64,000 bases of DNA, taken from positions 23,411-87,410 of the forward strand of contig DATBAE010000027.1 of assembly GCA_036271655.1 (NCBI GenBank), given 5' to 3'. Every line of letters starts with the position of its first letter. Within the stretch, counting starts at the first letter, position 1. Source of the DNA: Solirubrobacteraceae bacterium. GTDB taxonomy: Bacteria; Actinomycetota; Thermoleophilia; Solirubrobacterales; Solirubrobacteraceae. This document shows, one piece after another, positions 28,268 through 37,338 of the stretch. The position numbers and the translations under genes are program-made. The notes under the pieces are model-generated. The model saw only the letters and a list, made by a program, of their open reading frames with translations, was not told the DNA's origin and did no database searches.

Positions 28268-29010
28268 CCGAAGAGGCGCGCCGCGTTGTCGTCGACGATC
28301 GCCTCGAGCTCCTCGTAGGGAAGCCCGCGCTGCTGCGCCACGAAGCGCGCGGTGTGCGCAACGAAGGCCGGCTGGTTTCGCTGCTTGCGAACCGCCTGCG
28401 GCGTGAGATACGGCGCATCGGTCTCGACGAGCAGGCGCTCGAGCGGCGCACGCGCGGCAGCGGCCGCAAGCTCCGACGCATTGCGATACGTCACGTTGCC
28501 GGCGAACGAGATCCACCAGCCCTCCGCCGCGCAGGCATCGAGCTGCTCGGGCATCGAGAAGCAGTGCAGGATCACGTCAAGGCCCGCCGCCCGCTCGCGC
28601 AGCATCGCGATCGTGTCGTCGTTCGCCGCCCGCGTGTGGATCACGAGCGGCTTGCCGACCGCGCGGGCGAGCTCGATCTGGGCCGCGAACGCCCGCTCCT
28701 GATCGGCGCGCGGCGCATCGTCGCGGTAGTAGTCCAGGCCCGTCTCACCGATCGCAACGCAGCGCGGGTGCCCGGCGAGCGCCCGCAGCTCCGCGAGGTC
28801 CGCGTCGTCGAAGCCGGTCGCCTCGTTGGGATGGCGACCGACGCCCGCCAGCACTTGCGGGAAGCGCTCGGCCGCGACCAGCGCCGCCCGACATGTGGCG
28901 CCGTTGGTCCCGACCGTGAGCATGCGCGTGACGCCGACCGCAACAGCCGCCGCGACGAGCTCCGCGTCGTCGGGCTCGCAGGCATGCAGGTGCGTGTGAC
29001 TGTCGATCAC
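28261..29010 (-). CDS. tatD: TatD-family metal-dependent hydrolase/DNase
   Basis: MIDSHTHL..., GETGLDYY, VIHTR, LVETDAPYL. Confidence 0.92.
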   Translation of the reverse strand: MIDSHTHLHACEPDDAELVAAAVAVGVTRMLTVGTNGATCRAALVAAERFPQVLAGVGRHPNEATGFDDADLAELRALAGHPRCVAIGETGLDYYRDDAPRADQERAFAAQIELARAVGKPLVIHTRAANDDTIAMLRERAAGLDVILHCFSMPEQLDACAAEGWWISFAGNVTYRNASELAAAAARAPLERLLVETDAPYLTPQAVRKQRNQPAFVAHTARFVAQQRGLPYEELEAIVDDNAARLFGW

Positions 29011-29022
29011 GACGCCGGGGCT

Positions 29023-30564
29023 CTACGCCCGTGGCTTCGGGAACAGCGGCTCGAGTTTGTCGATCGCACCCAGCCGTCCCGCCTGCATCGTCGCGCCGTC
29101 GAGCTCGAGCTCTGGGGCGCCGAGCGCGGCGAGCAGCTTCTCGGTGCTGGCCGGGATCCACGGATGCAACACGACGGCGACCACGCGCAGCCCCTCGGCC
29201 AGCGAGACGAGGACGCGATCGAGGTCGGCCGCGCGGGTCTCGTCCTTGGCGATCACCCACGGCGCCTGCTCCTCGACATAGCGATTCAGCCGACGTATGC
29301 GATACAGGATGACGTCGAGGGCACCGGTGAGATCCGCGCGATCGAGCAGCGCGCAGACGGCCGGCACGATCGCGTCGATCTCGGCCGCGATCTCGGGATC
29401 GGGGGCGGCGGCCGGCACGTTCCCGCCGCGATAGCGATGGATCATCGCGACGGTGCGGCTCGCGAGGTTGCCGAACGCATTCGCCAGCTCGGACTCGTAG
29501 AGGACCGCGAAGCGCGCGGTCGAGACCTCGCCGTCCTGGCCGAAGCTCACGTCGCGCATGCAGTAGTAGCGCAGCGCATCGGCGCCGAACTCGTCCATGA
29601 TCGCGAACGGATCGAGCACGTTGCCCAGCGACTTGCTCATCTTCAGAAGCTCGGGCTCCGCGCCCGCGGCGCTCGACTGTTCGGCGGCGCGCATCAGCAG
29701 GAAGCCGTGCACGAAGACGTGCTCCGGCAGCGGCAGCCCGGCGGCCATCAGCATCGCGGGCCAGAAGACGGTGTGGAACTTCAGGATGTCCTTGCCGATG
29801 ACATGGAACTGCGCCGGCCAGAACGTGGCGGTGAGGTCTTCGCCGGGCTTCGCGTAGGAGAGCGCCGTGTAGTAGTTGAGCAGCGCGTCGAACCAGACGT
29901 AGAAGACATGCTGCTCATCCCACGGGACGGGCACGCCCCAAGTCAGCGTCGAGCGGCTCAGCGAGACGTCCTGCAAGCCGGACTCGATGAAGGCACGCGC
30001 CTCGTTGTAGCGGTGGCGCGGCATGACGAAGTCCGGCTGCTCGTCGAACAGGCGGATCAGATCGTCCTGGAACGCCGACAGCGCGAAGAAGTAGTTGTCC
30101 TCCTTCTCGCGGACGAGCGGGATGCGATGGATCGGGCAGGTGTGATCCTCGCCAGCCTCCGCTTCGGTCTTGAAGTCCGCGCAACGCGGGCAGTACCAGC
30201 CCTCGTAGACCCCTTCGTAGACGTGCCCGTTGTCGCGGATGCGGGCGAGGATCTCCTGCACCTTTGCCATGTGCTCGGGATCGGTCGTGCGGATGAAGAA
30301 GTCGTTGGAGACGTTCAGCCGCGGCATCAGATCTATGAAGCGCGGCGCATTGCGATCGACGAGCTCCTGCGGCGTGATGCCCTCGCGCTCGGCGGCGAGC
30401 GCGACCGGCTCGCCGTGCTCGTCGGTCCCCGTGAGGAAGAACACGTCCTCGCCGCGCTGGCGCATGTGACGCGCCATGACGTCGGCCGCGATCGTCGAGT
30501 ACGCATGGCCCAGGTGCGGGGCCGCGTTGACGTAGTAGATCGGCGTCGTCACATAGAAGGCCAT
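29023..30564 (-). CDS. metG: methionyl-tRNA synthetase (short form, no C-terminal EMAP-like domain)
   Basis: PIYYVNAAPHLGHAYS (HIGH), KMSKSLGN (KMSKS) and a zinc knuckle WYCPRCADF..CPIH. 513 aa. Confidence 0.97.
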   Translation of the reverse strand: MAFYVTTPIYYVNAAPHLGHAYSTIAADVMARHMRQRGEDVFFLTGTDEHGEPVALAAEREGITPQELVDRNAPRFIDLMPRLNVSNDFFIRTTDPEHMAKVQEILARIRDNGHVYEGVYEGWYCPRCADFKTEAEAGEDHTCPIHRIPLVREKEDNYFFALSAFQDDLIRLFDEQPDFVMPRHRYNEARAFIESGLQDVSLSRSTLTWGVPVPWDEQHVFYVWFDALLNYYTALSYAKPGEDLTATFWPAQFHVIGKDILKFHTVFWPAMLMAAGLPLPEHVFVHGFLLMRAAEQSSAAGAEPELLKMSKSLGNVLDPFAIMDEFGADALRYYCMRDVSFGQDGEVSTARFAVLYESELANAFGNLASRTVAMIHRYRGGNVPAAAPDPEIAAEIDAIVPAVCALLDRADLTGALDVILYRIRRLNRYVEEQAPWVIAKDETRAADLDRVLVSLAEGLRVVAVVLHPWIPASTEKLLAALGAPELELDGATMQAGRLGAIDKLEPLFPKPRA

Positions 30565-30576
30565 CGCTCCCGCAGG

Positions 30577-31356
30577 CTAGATGACCGGAGCGATCTGCCT
30601 CGATTCGCATCGGCGGCGGCGCACGACCGCGAGGCCACCGCCGAGCGGGAGACCGAGCGCGACGAGGCCGAGGCCGGCCCAGACCGCCCACGGCAGGCGG
30701 CCTGCAGCCGTGCTCACCGGAGCGGCCGACGGCTGCGTCGCCGGCAGCGCAACGCGTGCGGCCGGTGCTGGGGCCGGCGGCTGCGGCGCCGGGCCCAGCG
30801 ACCGCGGGCGCCGCAGCGCTCCGACCGGCGGCGCGTTGCGCAGGCGACCGCGCCCGAGCAGCAAGAGCGGATCGATGTAGGCGCCCGTGGCGGCCAGTCT
30901 CGCGCTGAGATACACGTGCGATCTTGCGACGCCCCGCCGGACGATCCCGATCCCGTCGCCCGGCAACACGATCTGCCCACGCGAGACGGCAACGTGACCG
31001 AGCTGTTGATACGTCGCGACGAGCCGGCCGCAGCTGACGCTCACGGTGCCACCACGGTGTGGCATCCGCCCCGCGAACGTGACCTTGCCGCCGCATGCTG
31101 CCCGCACGCGCGCAGCAGCAGGAGCGGCGAAGTCGACGCCGCGATGCTGGCCGGCGGCATAGCGGTCCGCGCTGAGCGCGAAGGTGCGCTGCACGACGCC
31201 GTCGACGGGGCGTATCCACCCGCTGGCCGCGGCGGAGCCAACCCAGGCGAGCGGGCCGAGCAGCAGCATGCCGGCGACGATGACGAGTGCGAAGCGCACG
31301 TCCGCGACGCTACGTCGCAGCCGTGCTCGCGCCCCCGGCCGCGGCCGAATCGGCAC
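30577..31356 (-). CDS. M23-family (LytM-like) peptidase with C-terminal Pro/Ala-rich region and TM anchor
   Basis: GQHRGVDFAAP...GGKVTFAG....GGTVSVS.....ATYQQLGHVAVSRGQIVLPGDGIG. C-terminal helix WAVWAGLGLVALGLPLGGGLAVV. Confidence 0.85.
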   Translation of the reverse strand: MPIRPRPGARARLRRSVADVRFALVIVAGMLLLGPLAWVGSAAASGWIRPVDGVVQRTFALSADRYAAGQHRGVDFAAPAAARVRAACGGKVTFAGRMPHRGGTVSVSCGRLVATYQQLGHVAVSRGQIVLPGDGIGIVRRGVARSHVYLSARLAATGAYIDPLLLLGRGRLRNAPPVGALRRPRSLGPAPQPPAPAPAARVALPATQPSAAPVSTAAGRLPWAVWAGLGLVALGLPLGGGLAVVRRRRCESRQIAPVI

Positions 31357-31406
31357 GAAATCGCGCGCCTTTCGTCACACGTCACGCCGCCGTGCGACAG
31401 GCAGCA

Positions 31407-31922
31407 CTAGATCTCGCTGACGATCTCCCCGAACGGGCGCCGGTCCGCTCGCGCAACCCAGTCGCCGGCCTCCAGCGACTCCGGCTCACGCCGCGCCTTC
31501 GCCGGGTACCCGAACGTCAGCACGGTCGCGACCTGCTCGTCGTCGCCGTGCCCGAGCAGGCCGCGCAACCGCGCAGCGTCGGCGATGCCGTTGGGGCAGG
31601 ACCCGATCCCGTCGTTGGAGGCCGCGAGCATCATGCTCTGCGCGGCGCGGCCCGCGTCGAACGCCGTCGGCCCCTTCGCGCCGATCACGATCGCCACGAC
31701 GAGCGCGGCAGCGCGGACGTTCTCGCCGGCGAAGACGGACTCCGCGACCTGCTCGCGAGCGGAGGCATCCCGGACGATCACGAAGCGCCGCGCCTGGCGG
31801 TTCTTCGAGGATCCCGCGACACGGCCGGCCTCGAGGATGCGCCGCTCGGCTTCGCCGTCCAGCGGTCGCGACGCGTACTCGCGCACCTCGCGCTTGCTGA
31901 CGACGGCGAGATAGGCGTCCAT
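31407..31922 (-). CDS. nitroreductase-family protein
   Basis: REYASRPLDGEAERRILEAGRVAGSSKNRQARRFVIV. I used the start at ATG 31922. Confidence 0.85.
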   Translation of the reverse strand: MDAYLAVVSKREVREYASRPLDGEAERRILEAGRVAGSSKNRQARRFVIVRDASAREQVAESVFAGENVRAAALVVAIVIGAKGPTAFDAGRAAQSMMLAASNDGIGSCPNGIADAARLRGLLGHGDDEQVATVLTFGYPAKARREPESLEAGDWVARADRRPFGEIVSEI

Positions 31923-31956
31923 GTCGACCAGGGTACGCGAGGGCGCCGGCGCCGGT

Positions 31957-32577
31957 CTACACCCGCGGCCGCTCGTCGACGCGGGCGATCCACGCCGCGA
32001 GACGCGGATGCTCGTCACCGAGTCGCTGATAGCCGTGCAGCACGCGGTGAAAGAGCTCGTCGTCCTCGGGATCGCGGCGCGCCGCGTACTTCAAGAACGG
32101 GTAGGCGGCGCAGTCGACGGCCGAGAACGCGTTGCCGAACAGGTAGTCGCGGCCGTCGAGCATCCCCTCGAAGCGGTCGAGCGCAGTCGACATCGAGGCC
32201 GCCAGCCCGTCGATCCGCGCGAGATCCGGCGTCTCGGCGGCGATCTCGTCGGCGATCGCGTTCGGCGCGACCTTCCAGACGTCGTTGAACCAGTCGATGA
32301 CGCGCACCGCCGCCAAGCGGCCGATGGCGTCGGGTGGATAGAGCGGCGCGAACGGGAACCGCTCCTCGAGCACGCGCACGATCTGCATCGAGTCGGTGAC
32401 CACCTGCCCGTCGTCGAACTCGACGACGGGCACCAGCCCCTGACCGCTGATCCGCTGCACCGGCGATCGGTCGGCATCGTCGATCCACACCGACTCGACC
32501 TCGAGCCCCTTGTGCGCCAGCGCCAGCGCGACGCGCTCGACGTTCGTCGAGAACGGCGCGCGGTAGAGGCGGATCAC
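31957..32577 (-). CDS. glutathione S-transferase family protein
   Basis: Thioredoxin-like N-terminal domain (LYRAPFSTNVERVALALAHKGL...LVPVVEFDDGQVVTDSMQIVRVLEE) plus a helical C-terminal domain. The GTG start overlaps the rsmI stop (GTGA). Confidence 0.85.
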   Translation of the reverse strand: MIRLYRAPFSTNVERVALALAHKGLEVESVWIDDADRSPVQRISGQGLVPVVEFDDGQVVTDSMQIVRVLEERFPFAPLYPPDAIGRLAAVRVIDWFNDVWKVAPNAIADEIAAETPDLARIDGLAASMSTALDRFEGMLDGRDYLFGNAFSAVDCAAYPFLKYAARRDPEDDELFHRVLHGYQRLGDEHPRLAAWIARVDERPRV

Positions 32578-33398
32578 GTCGCGTCGTCCTCCATCAGCGC
32601 TCGATACAGCGCGTTGGCCTTCACCCCCGTCAGCGAGGCGACGACCGAGCTCGCGGCGCGTGGCTTGGCGCCCGCCGCGACGAGCTTGCGCAGGGCGCTC
32701 AGCGCCGGGGCCAGCTCCGGCGCGGCCAGCTCGGCACCGCCGATCACGAGCACGACCTCGCCGCGCGGCGGCTGCTCGGCGTAGCGCTCGGCGAGCTCGC
32801 CGGCGACGCCGCGCACGATCTCCTCGTGCACCTTCGTCAGCTCGCGGCAGACGACCACGGGCCTGTCGGCGTCCAGCGCAGCCAGCACGGCAAGCGAGGC
32901 GGCGACGCGGTTGGGCGACTCGAACGCGACGACGGTCTCCTGCGTGCGCAGCAGGACGCCGAGCTCGCCGCGCTTGCGCGGCAGGTAGCCGACGAACCGC
33001 CAGGTGTCCGACGGCAGCGCGCTGGCGACGAGCGCCGACAGCGCCGCGCTCGGGCCCGGCAGCACCTCGACGGCGAGCCCGGCCGCAACGCACGCGCGCA
33101 CGAGCACGAAGCCCGGGTCGCTGACGAGCGGCGTGCCGGCATCGGAGACGAGCGCGACGACGTCGCCCTTCTGCATCCGCTCGATGAGCTGCGTCGCGCG
33201 CGGCCGCTCGTTGTGCTCGTGGTAGCTGACGAGCTTCGCCGAGACGCCGTAGCGCTCGAGCAGCACGCGCGTGCGGCGCGTGTCCTCGCAGGCGACGACG
33301 TCGGCTTCGCGCAACGCGCTGAGCACGCGCAGCGTGACGTCCTCGAGGTTGCCGATCGGTGTCGGACAGACGATCAGGCGGCCCGTCGTGCTGGTCAC
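32574..33398 (-). CDS. rsmI: 16S rRNA (cytidine1402-2'-O)-methyltransferase
   Basis: GRLIVCPTPIGNLEDVTLRVLSALREADVVACEDTRRTRVLLERYGV. GTG start at 33398. Confidence 0.93.
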   Translation of the reverse strand: MTSTTGRLIVCPTPIGNLEDVTLRVLSALREADVVACEDTRRTRVLLERYGVSAKLVSYHEHNERPRATQLIERMQKGDVVALVSDAGTPLVSDPGFVLVRACVAAGLAVEVLPGPSAALSALVASALPSDTWRFVGYLPRKRGELGVLLRTQETVVAFESPNRVAASLAVLAALDADRPVVVCRELTKVHEEIVRGVAGELAERYAEQPPRGEVVLVIGGAELAAPELAPALSALRKLVAAGAKPRAASSVVASLTGVKANALYRALMEDDAT

Positions 33399-34393
33399 TA
33401 GCGCAGTGTCTCCTTGGCCTGAACCGGCGTCCCGAGCCCGTCGAAGGCGAGCGTCGCCGCGCCGAGCATGCCGGACTCGGCGCCGAACCGGGCAGGCAGG
33501 ATCCGAGCATGCTCCTTCGATGGCGACAGCGCGCGCTCGGCGACAACCGCGCGGGCCGGCTCGAGCAGCAGATCGCCGGCGGCGATCACGCCACCACCGA
33601 TGACGACGACCTCGGGGTTGAGCATGTTCACGAGATTGGCAACTCCGACGCCGAGCCATCGGCCGATCGTCCGCAGCGCATCGATCGCCGCGGCGTCGCC
33701 GTCGTGGGCCAGCTCGGTGACGAGCGGCCCGCTGATCGTGCGGCCCGCCGCCAGCGCACGGCCGAGTCCGGACTGCGGCTGGCGGACGGCGATCAGCGCC
33801 GCCTCACGGGCAAGCGCGGTACCGGATGCCACGGCCTCGAGGCAGCCTCGGTTGGGACAGTTGCCGTGGCAGCGCGGCCCGTCGGCCTGGACGACCATGT
33901 GGCCGAGCTCGGCGCCCGCTCCCTGGCTGCCGCGCTGCAGCGCGCCACCGATCACGAGGCCGCCGCCGATGCCCGTTCCGAGCGTCAGCAGCACTCCGTC
34001 GCGGACGCCCGCCGCGGCGCCGAAGCGCCATTCGGCGAGCATCGCGGCGTTCGCGTCATTGTCGACGAAGACCGGCAGGCCGATGCGCTCGGCGAGCAGG
34101 TCGCGAAACGGGACGTCGGCGATCGGCAGGTGCGTCGACGTCACGGCGATGCCGCGCTCAGTGTCGATCAAGCAAGGGATGCCGATCCCGACGGCATCGA
34201 CGCTGCCCGATGCGCCGTCGATCGCGTCGCGGACCTCGCTGACCGCCGAGACGACGGTGTCGATCACCGCGTGGTGATCTATGGCACGGGCCGCACGCGT
34301 CGCACGATGATGCACGTTCAACGCCGGATCGACCGCGCCGGCCAGGAGCTTCGTGCCACCGAGGTCGACCCCGATCACACAGCCGGTCGCCAC
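33398..34393 (-). CDS. ROK-family sugar kinase (glucokinase-like)
   Basis: IGVDLGGTKL and the ROK zinc motif CHGNCPNRGCLEAVASG. The start is ambiguous: GTG 34393, GTG 34378 or ATG 34426. Confidence 0.88.
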   Translation of the reverse strand: MATGCVIGVDLGGTKLLAGAVDPALNVHHRATRAARAIDHHAVIDTVVSAVSEVRDAIDGASGSVDAVGIGIPCLIDTERGIAVTSTHLPIADVPFRDLLAERIGLPVFVDNDANAAMLAEWRFGAAAGVRDGVLLTLGTGIGGGLVIGGALQRGSQGAGAELGHMVVQADGPRCHGNCPNRGCLEAVASGTALAREAALIAVRQPQSGLGRALAAGRTISGPLVTELAHDGDAAAIDALRTIGRWLGVGVANLVNMLNPEVVVIGGGVIAAGDLLLEPARAVVAERALSPSKEHARILPARFGAESGMLGAATLAFDGLGTPVQAKETLR

Positions 34394-34416
34394 GATCGGC
34401 CACCATACAGTGCTCG

Positions 34417-35538
34417 ATGGCGCCACCCGAGGACCCCGACGGCGAACCCGAGTACCGCGTCTATCGCTCCCGCCGCAGCTGGTTCGCAGGGCGGGGCGGC
34501 GGTGATCGCGACGAGCTCAGCCGCCTGCGGGGTGAAGCGCAGGCTGACCCCGGCCGCGATCCGCAGCCGGCATTCGGCGCAGCCCTCGATCCCGAGGCGC
34601 CGCCGGGCCGGCGACGACGCCGCCGCAGGCGCACGCGCCTCACGCCGGGTCGCATCGTGCGCCGGCTCGTGCTGTTCGTCGTCGGCTGGATCGCGCTGTC
34701 CGCCGTCCTCTTCCTCGTCAGCGCCCAGATCCAGCAGGGCAAGGTGTCCGATGCCGGGCAGCTCGGCGGAGCGGGCTACCCGCTGTGGTCGCCGAACAAC
34801 ATCCTCGTGCTCGGGTCCGACGTGCGTGACAGCGCGAACGCCGAGCCGGGGGCGCAGACGACCGGCAACGGCCGCTCGGACTCGATCATGCTGATGCGCG
34901 TCGGCGGCGGCGCGAACAGCCGCCTGTCGATCGCCCGCGACACCGTCGTCGACATCCCGGGGGCCGGCCGCCAGAAGATCAACGCGGCCTACTCGATCGG
35001 CGGCACGACGCTGGCCGTCAAGACGATCGAGCAGTACACCGGGGTCGACGTCAACCACGTGATGATCGTGAGCTTCGCAGACTTCCCCCGCCTGATCGAC
35101 GCGATGGGCGGCATCACGTATCAGGGCGGTTGCGTGGTCTCGCGGATCAACGGCGGCTATGCCCGCGGCGGCTACACGCTGCGCCTGCGCCCCGGCAGGA
35201 CGCACATCGACGGCAAGCAGGCCCTTGCGCTCGCCCGCACCCGCAAGAACAGCTGTGCGCCGAACGAGACCGACCTGACGCGCGCCCATCGCCAGCAGAA
35301 GCTCGTCTCCGCGATGAAGCGGCGGCTGCTGTCACCGGTGGCATTCGTGCGGCTGCCGCTGATCTCCTGGAACCTGCCCAAGACGCTGCGCTCGGACATG
35401 AGCGGCCCGACCCTGCTCGGCCTGTTCGGCGCGCTGTCAGTCGCCGGCTCGCCGAAGACCGCGGTGCTCGGCACGCTGTCCGGCGAGGTGCCCGACAGCC
35501 TCAAGCGAGCGCGCGTGCACCAGTTCCTCGCCGGCTGA
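34417..35538 (+). CDS. LytR-CpsA-Psr (LCP) family cell-envelope phosphotransferase
   Basis: Basic N-terminus, one TM helix, then NILVLGSD......RSDSIMLMRV......LSIARDT.V.IPG.G..KINAAY. Confidence 0.9.
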   Translation: MAPPEDPDGEPEYRVYRSRRSWFAGRGGGDRDELSRLRGEAQADPGRDPQPAFGAALDPEAPPGRRRRRRRRTRLTPGRIVRRLVLFVVGWIALSAVLFLVSAQIQQGKVSDAGQLGGAGYPLWSPNNILVLGSDVRDSANAEPGAQTTGNGRSDSIMLMRVGGGANSRLSIARDTVVDIPGAGRQKINAAYSIGGTTLAVKTIEQYTGVDVNHVMIVSFADFPRLIDAMGGITYQGGCVVSRINGGYARGGYTLRLRPGRTHIDGKQALALARTRKNSCAPNETDLTRAHRQQKLVSAMKRRLLSPVAFVRLPLISWNLPKTLRSDMSGPTLLGLFGALSVAGSPKTAVLGTLSGEVPDSLKRARVHQFLAG

Positions 35539-35583
35539 CGGAGTCGCGCCGGGAGCGCCCGGCCGGCGACCGGCGCGCGTCAG

Positions 35584-35973
35584 TCAGTCAGACGTCTTCG
35601 ACGAGCCCGTCGAGCTCGACGAACTCGACGTCGTCGACGAGGGCTTCGAGTCGGCCTTCGAGGACTCGGTCTTCTGGACGGCCTTGGACTCGCCGCCCGA
35701 CGAGCCGCCCTTGGACTCGCCCTTCTCGCTGGACTTCTTGGCGCTGTCGCTCTCCGCCTTCTCGCGCGCGCGCTTCTTCGTCCCGTAGTCGGTGTTGTAG
35801 AAGCCCTTGCCCTTGAAATGGACGGCGATCGGGTGGAAGACGCGCGTCACGGGCAGGCCCGTATCGGGATCCTCGACGAGTGGAGGATCGGTCATCTTCT
35901 GCATGATCTCGAAGGTCGTCCCATCAGGACGCTTGTATTCGTAGACGGGCACCGCACCACCATTATCTAGCAT
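35584..35973 (-). CDS. FmdB-family-like small protein lacking the zinc-ribbon cysteines, with Ser/Lys/Glu-rich tail
   Basis: VPVYEYKRPDGTTFEIMQKMTDPPL..DPDTGLPVTRVF...HFKGKGFYNTDYG parallels the MPxYEYxCxxCG...CPxCG...fkGsGFY.tDy pattern with no Cys. The alternative GTG start at 35952 would give the canonical MPVYEY N-terminus. Confidence 0.7.
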   Translation of the reverse strand: MLDNGGAVPVYEYKRPDGTTFEIMQKMTDPPLVEDPDTGLPVTRVFHPIAVHFKGKGFYNTDYGTKKRAREKAESDSAKKSSEKGESKGGSSGGESKAVQKTESSKADSKPSSTTSSSSSSTGSSKTSD

Positions 35974-35982
35974 GGCCCGCCG

Positions 35983-37338
35983 ATGCCCGAGACAGCCACC
36001 ATGGAGAAGATCGTCGCGCTCTGCAAACGGCGGGGCTTCATCTTCCCCTCGTCGGAGATCTATGGGGGCCTCGGCTCGACGTACGACTACGGCCATTACG
36101 GCGTCCTGCTGAAGACGAACGTCAAGAACGAGTGGTGGCGCGCGATGCTGCAGGAGCGCGACGACATCGTCGCGCTCGACAGCGCGATCCTCCAGCACCC
36201 GCGGGTCTGGGAGGCCTCGGGCCACCTCGCCGGCTTCACCGATCCGATGGTCGACTGCCGTAACTGCAAGAAGCGCTTCCGGGCCGATCACGTCGACCGC
36301 GATGAGCTGTGCCCGGCGAAGGCGAGTGAGCCCAAGAGCGAGGATCGCCGCCACGACCTCACCGAGTCACGCGACTTCAACCTCATGTTCAAGACCTTCG
36401 TCGGGCCGGTCGAGGAGAGCGCATCGGTCGCCTACCTGCGCCCCGAGACCGCGCAGGGGATCTTCATCAACTTCAAGAACGTGCTGCAGTTCAGCCGCAA
36501 GAAGCCCCCCTTCGGGATCGCCCAGGTCGGCAAGTCGTTTCGCAACGAGATCACGCCCGGCAACTTCGTCTTCCGGACCCGCGAGTTCGAGCAGATGGAG
36601 ATGGAGTTCTTCGTCCCGCCCGACGAGACGGCCCACTGGTATGCGTTCTGGAAGCAAGCCCGCTACGACTGGTACACAGAGCTCGGGCTGCGCGAGGACC
36701 ACCTGCGGATGCGCGAGCACGAGCGCGAGGAGCTGGCCCACTACTCCGAGGCGACGGCGGACGTGGAGTACCTGTTCCCGATCGGATGGTCCGAGCTCGA
36801 GGGCGTCGCCGATCGCGGCAGCTTTGACCTCACGCAGCACGCCAAGCATTCCGGCGAGAAGCTCGAGTACTTCGATCCGCAGTCCAAGGAGCGCTACGTC
36901 CCGCACGTCATCGAGCCGGCCGCCGGCGCAGACCGCGCGACGCTCGCGTTCCTCGTCGACGCCTACGACGAGGACGAGATCGGCGGCGAGCAGCGCACCG
37001 TGCTCAAGCTCCACCCTCGCCTGGCTCCCGTAAAGGTCGCAGTGCTGCCGCTCGTCAAGAAGGACGGCCAGCCCGAGGTCGCCCGCGAGATCGTCGCGAC
37101 GCTTCGCAAGCGGATGCAGACCGAGTACGACGAGGGCGGCTCGATCGGCAAGCGCTACCGCCGTCAGGACGAGATCGGCACGCCGTGGTGCGTGACCGTC
37201 GACCACCAGACGCTCGATGACCGCACGGTGACGCTGCGCGATCGCGATACGCTCGCGCAGGAGCGCGTCGCAATCGATGCGCTGGCCACCGAGCTCGCAG
37301 CGCGGCTCGCCCGACCCTGGCGCTCACCGAAGGAATAA
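35983..37338 (+). CDS. glyQS: glycyl-tRNA synthetase (class II, alpha2 type)
   Basis: CKRRGFIFPSSEIYGG, YLRPETAQGIF, RNEITPGNFVFRTREFEQMEMEFF and HVIEPAAGADR. Confidence 0.97.
   Translation: MPETATMEKIVALCKRRGFIFPSSEIYGGLGSTYDYGHYGVLLKTNVKNEWWRAMLQERDDIVALDSAILQHPRVWEASGHLAGFTDPMVDCRNCKKRFRADHVDRDELCPAKASEPKSEDRRHDLTESRDFNLMFKTFVGPVEESASVAYLRPETAQGIFINFKNVLQFSRKKPPFGIAQVGKSFRNEITPGNFVFRTREFEQMEMEFFVPPDETAHWYAFWKQARYDWYTELGLREDHLRMREHEREELAHYSEATADVEYLFPIGWSELEGVADRGSFDLTQHAKHSGEKLEYFDPQSKERYVPHVIEPAAGADRATLAFLVDAYDEDEIGGEQRTVLKLHPRLAPVKVAVLPLVKKDGQPEVAREIVATLRKRMQTEYDEGGSIGKRYRRQDEIGTPWCVTVDHQTLDDRTVTLRDRDTLAQERVAIDALATELAARLARPWRSPKE

Noticed and set aside
28246-31410. 1054-aa plus-strand ORF
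   Set aside because: It lies antisense to tatD, metG and the M23 peptidase gene. Its low-complexity Arg/Asp/Leu composition marks it as a high-GC artefact.
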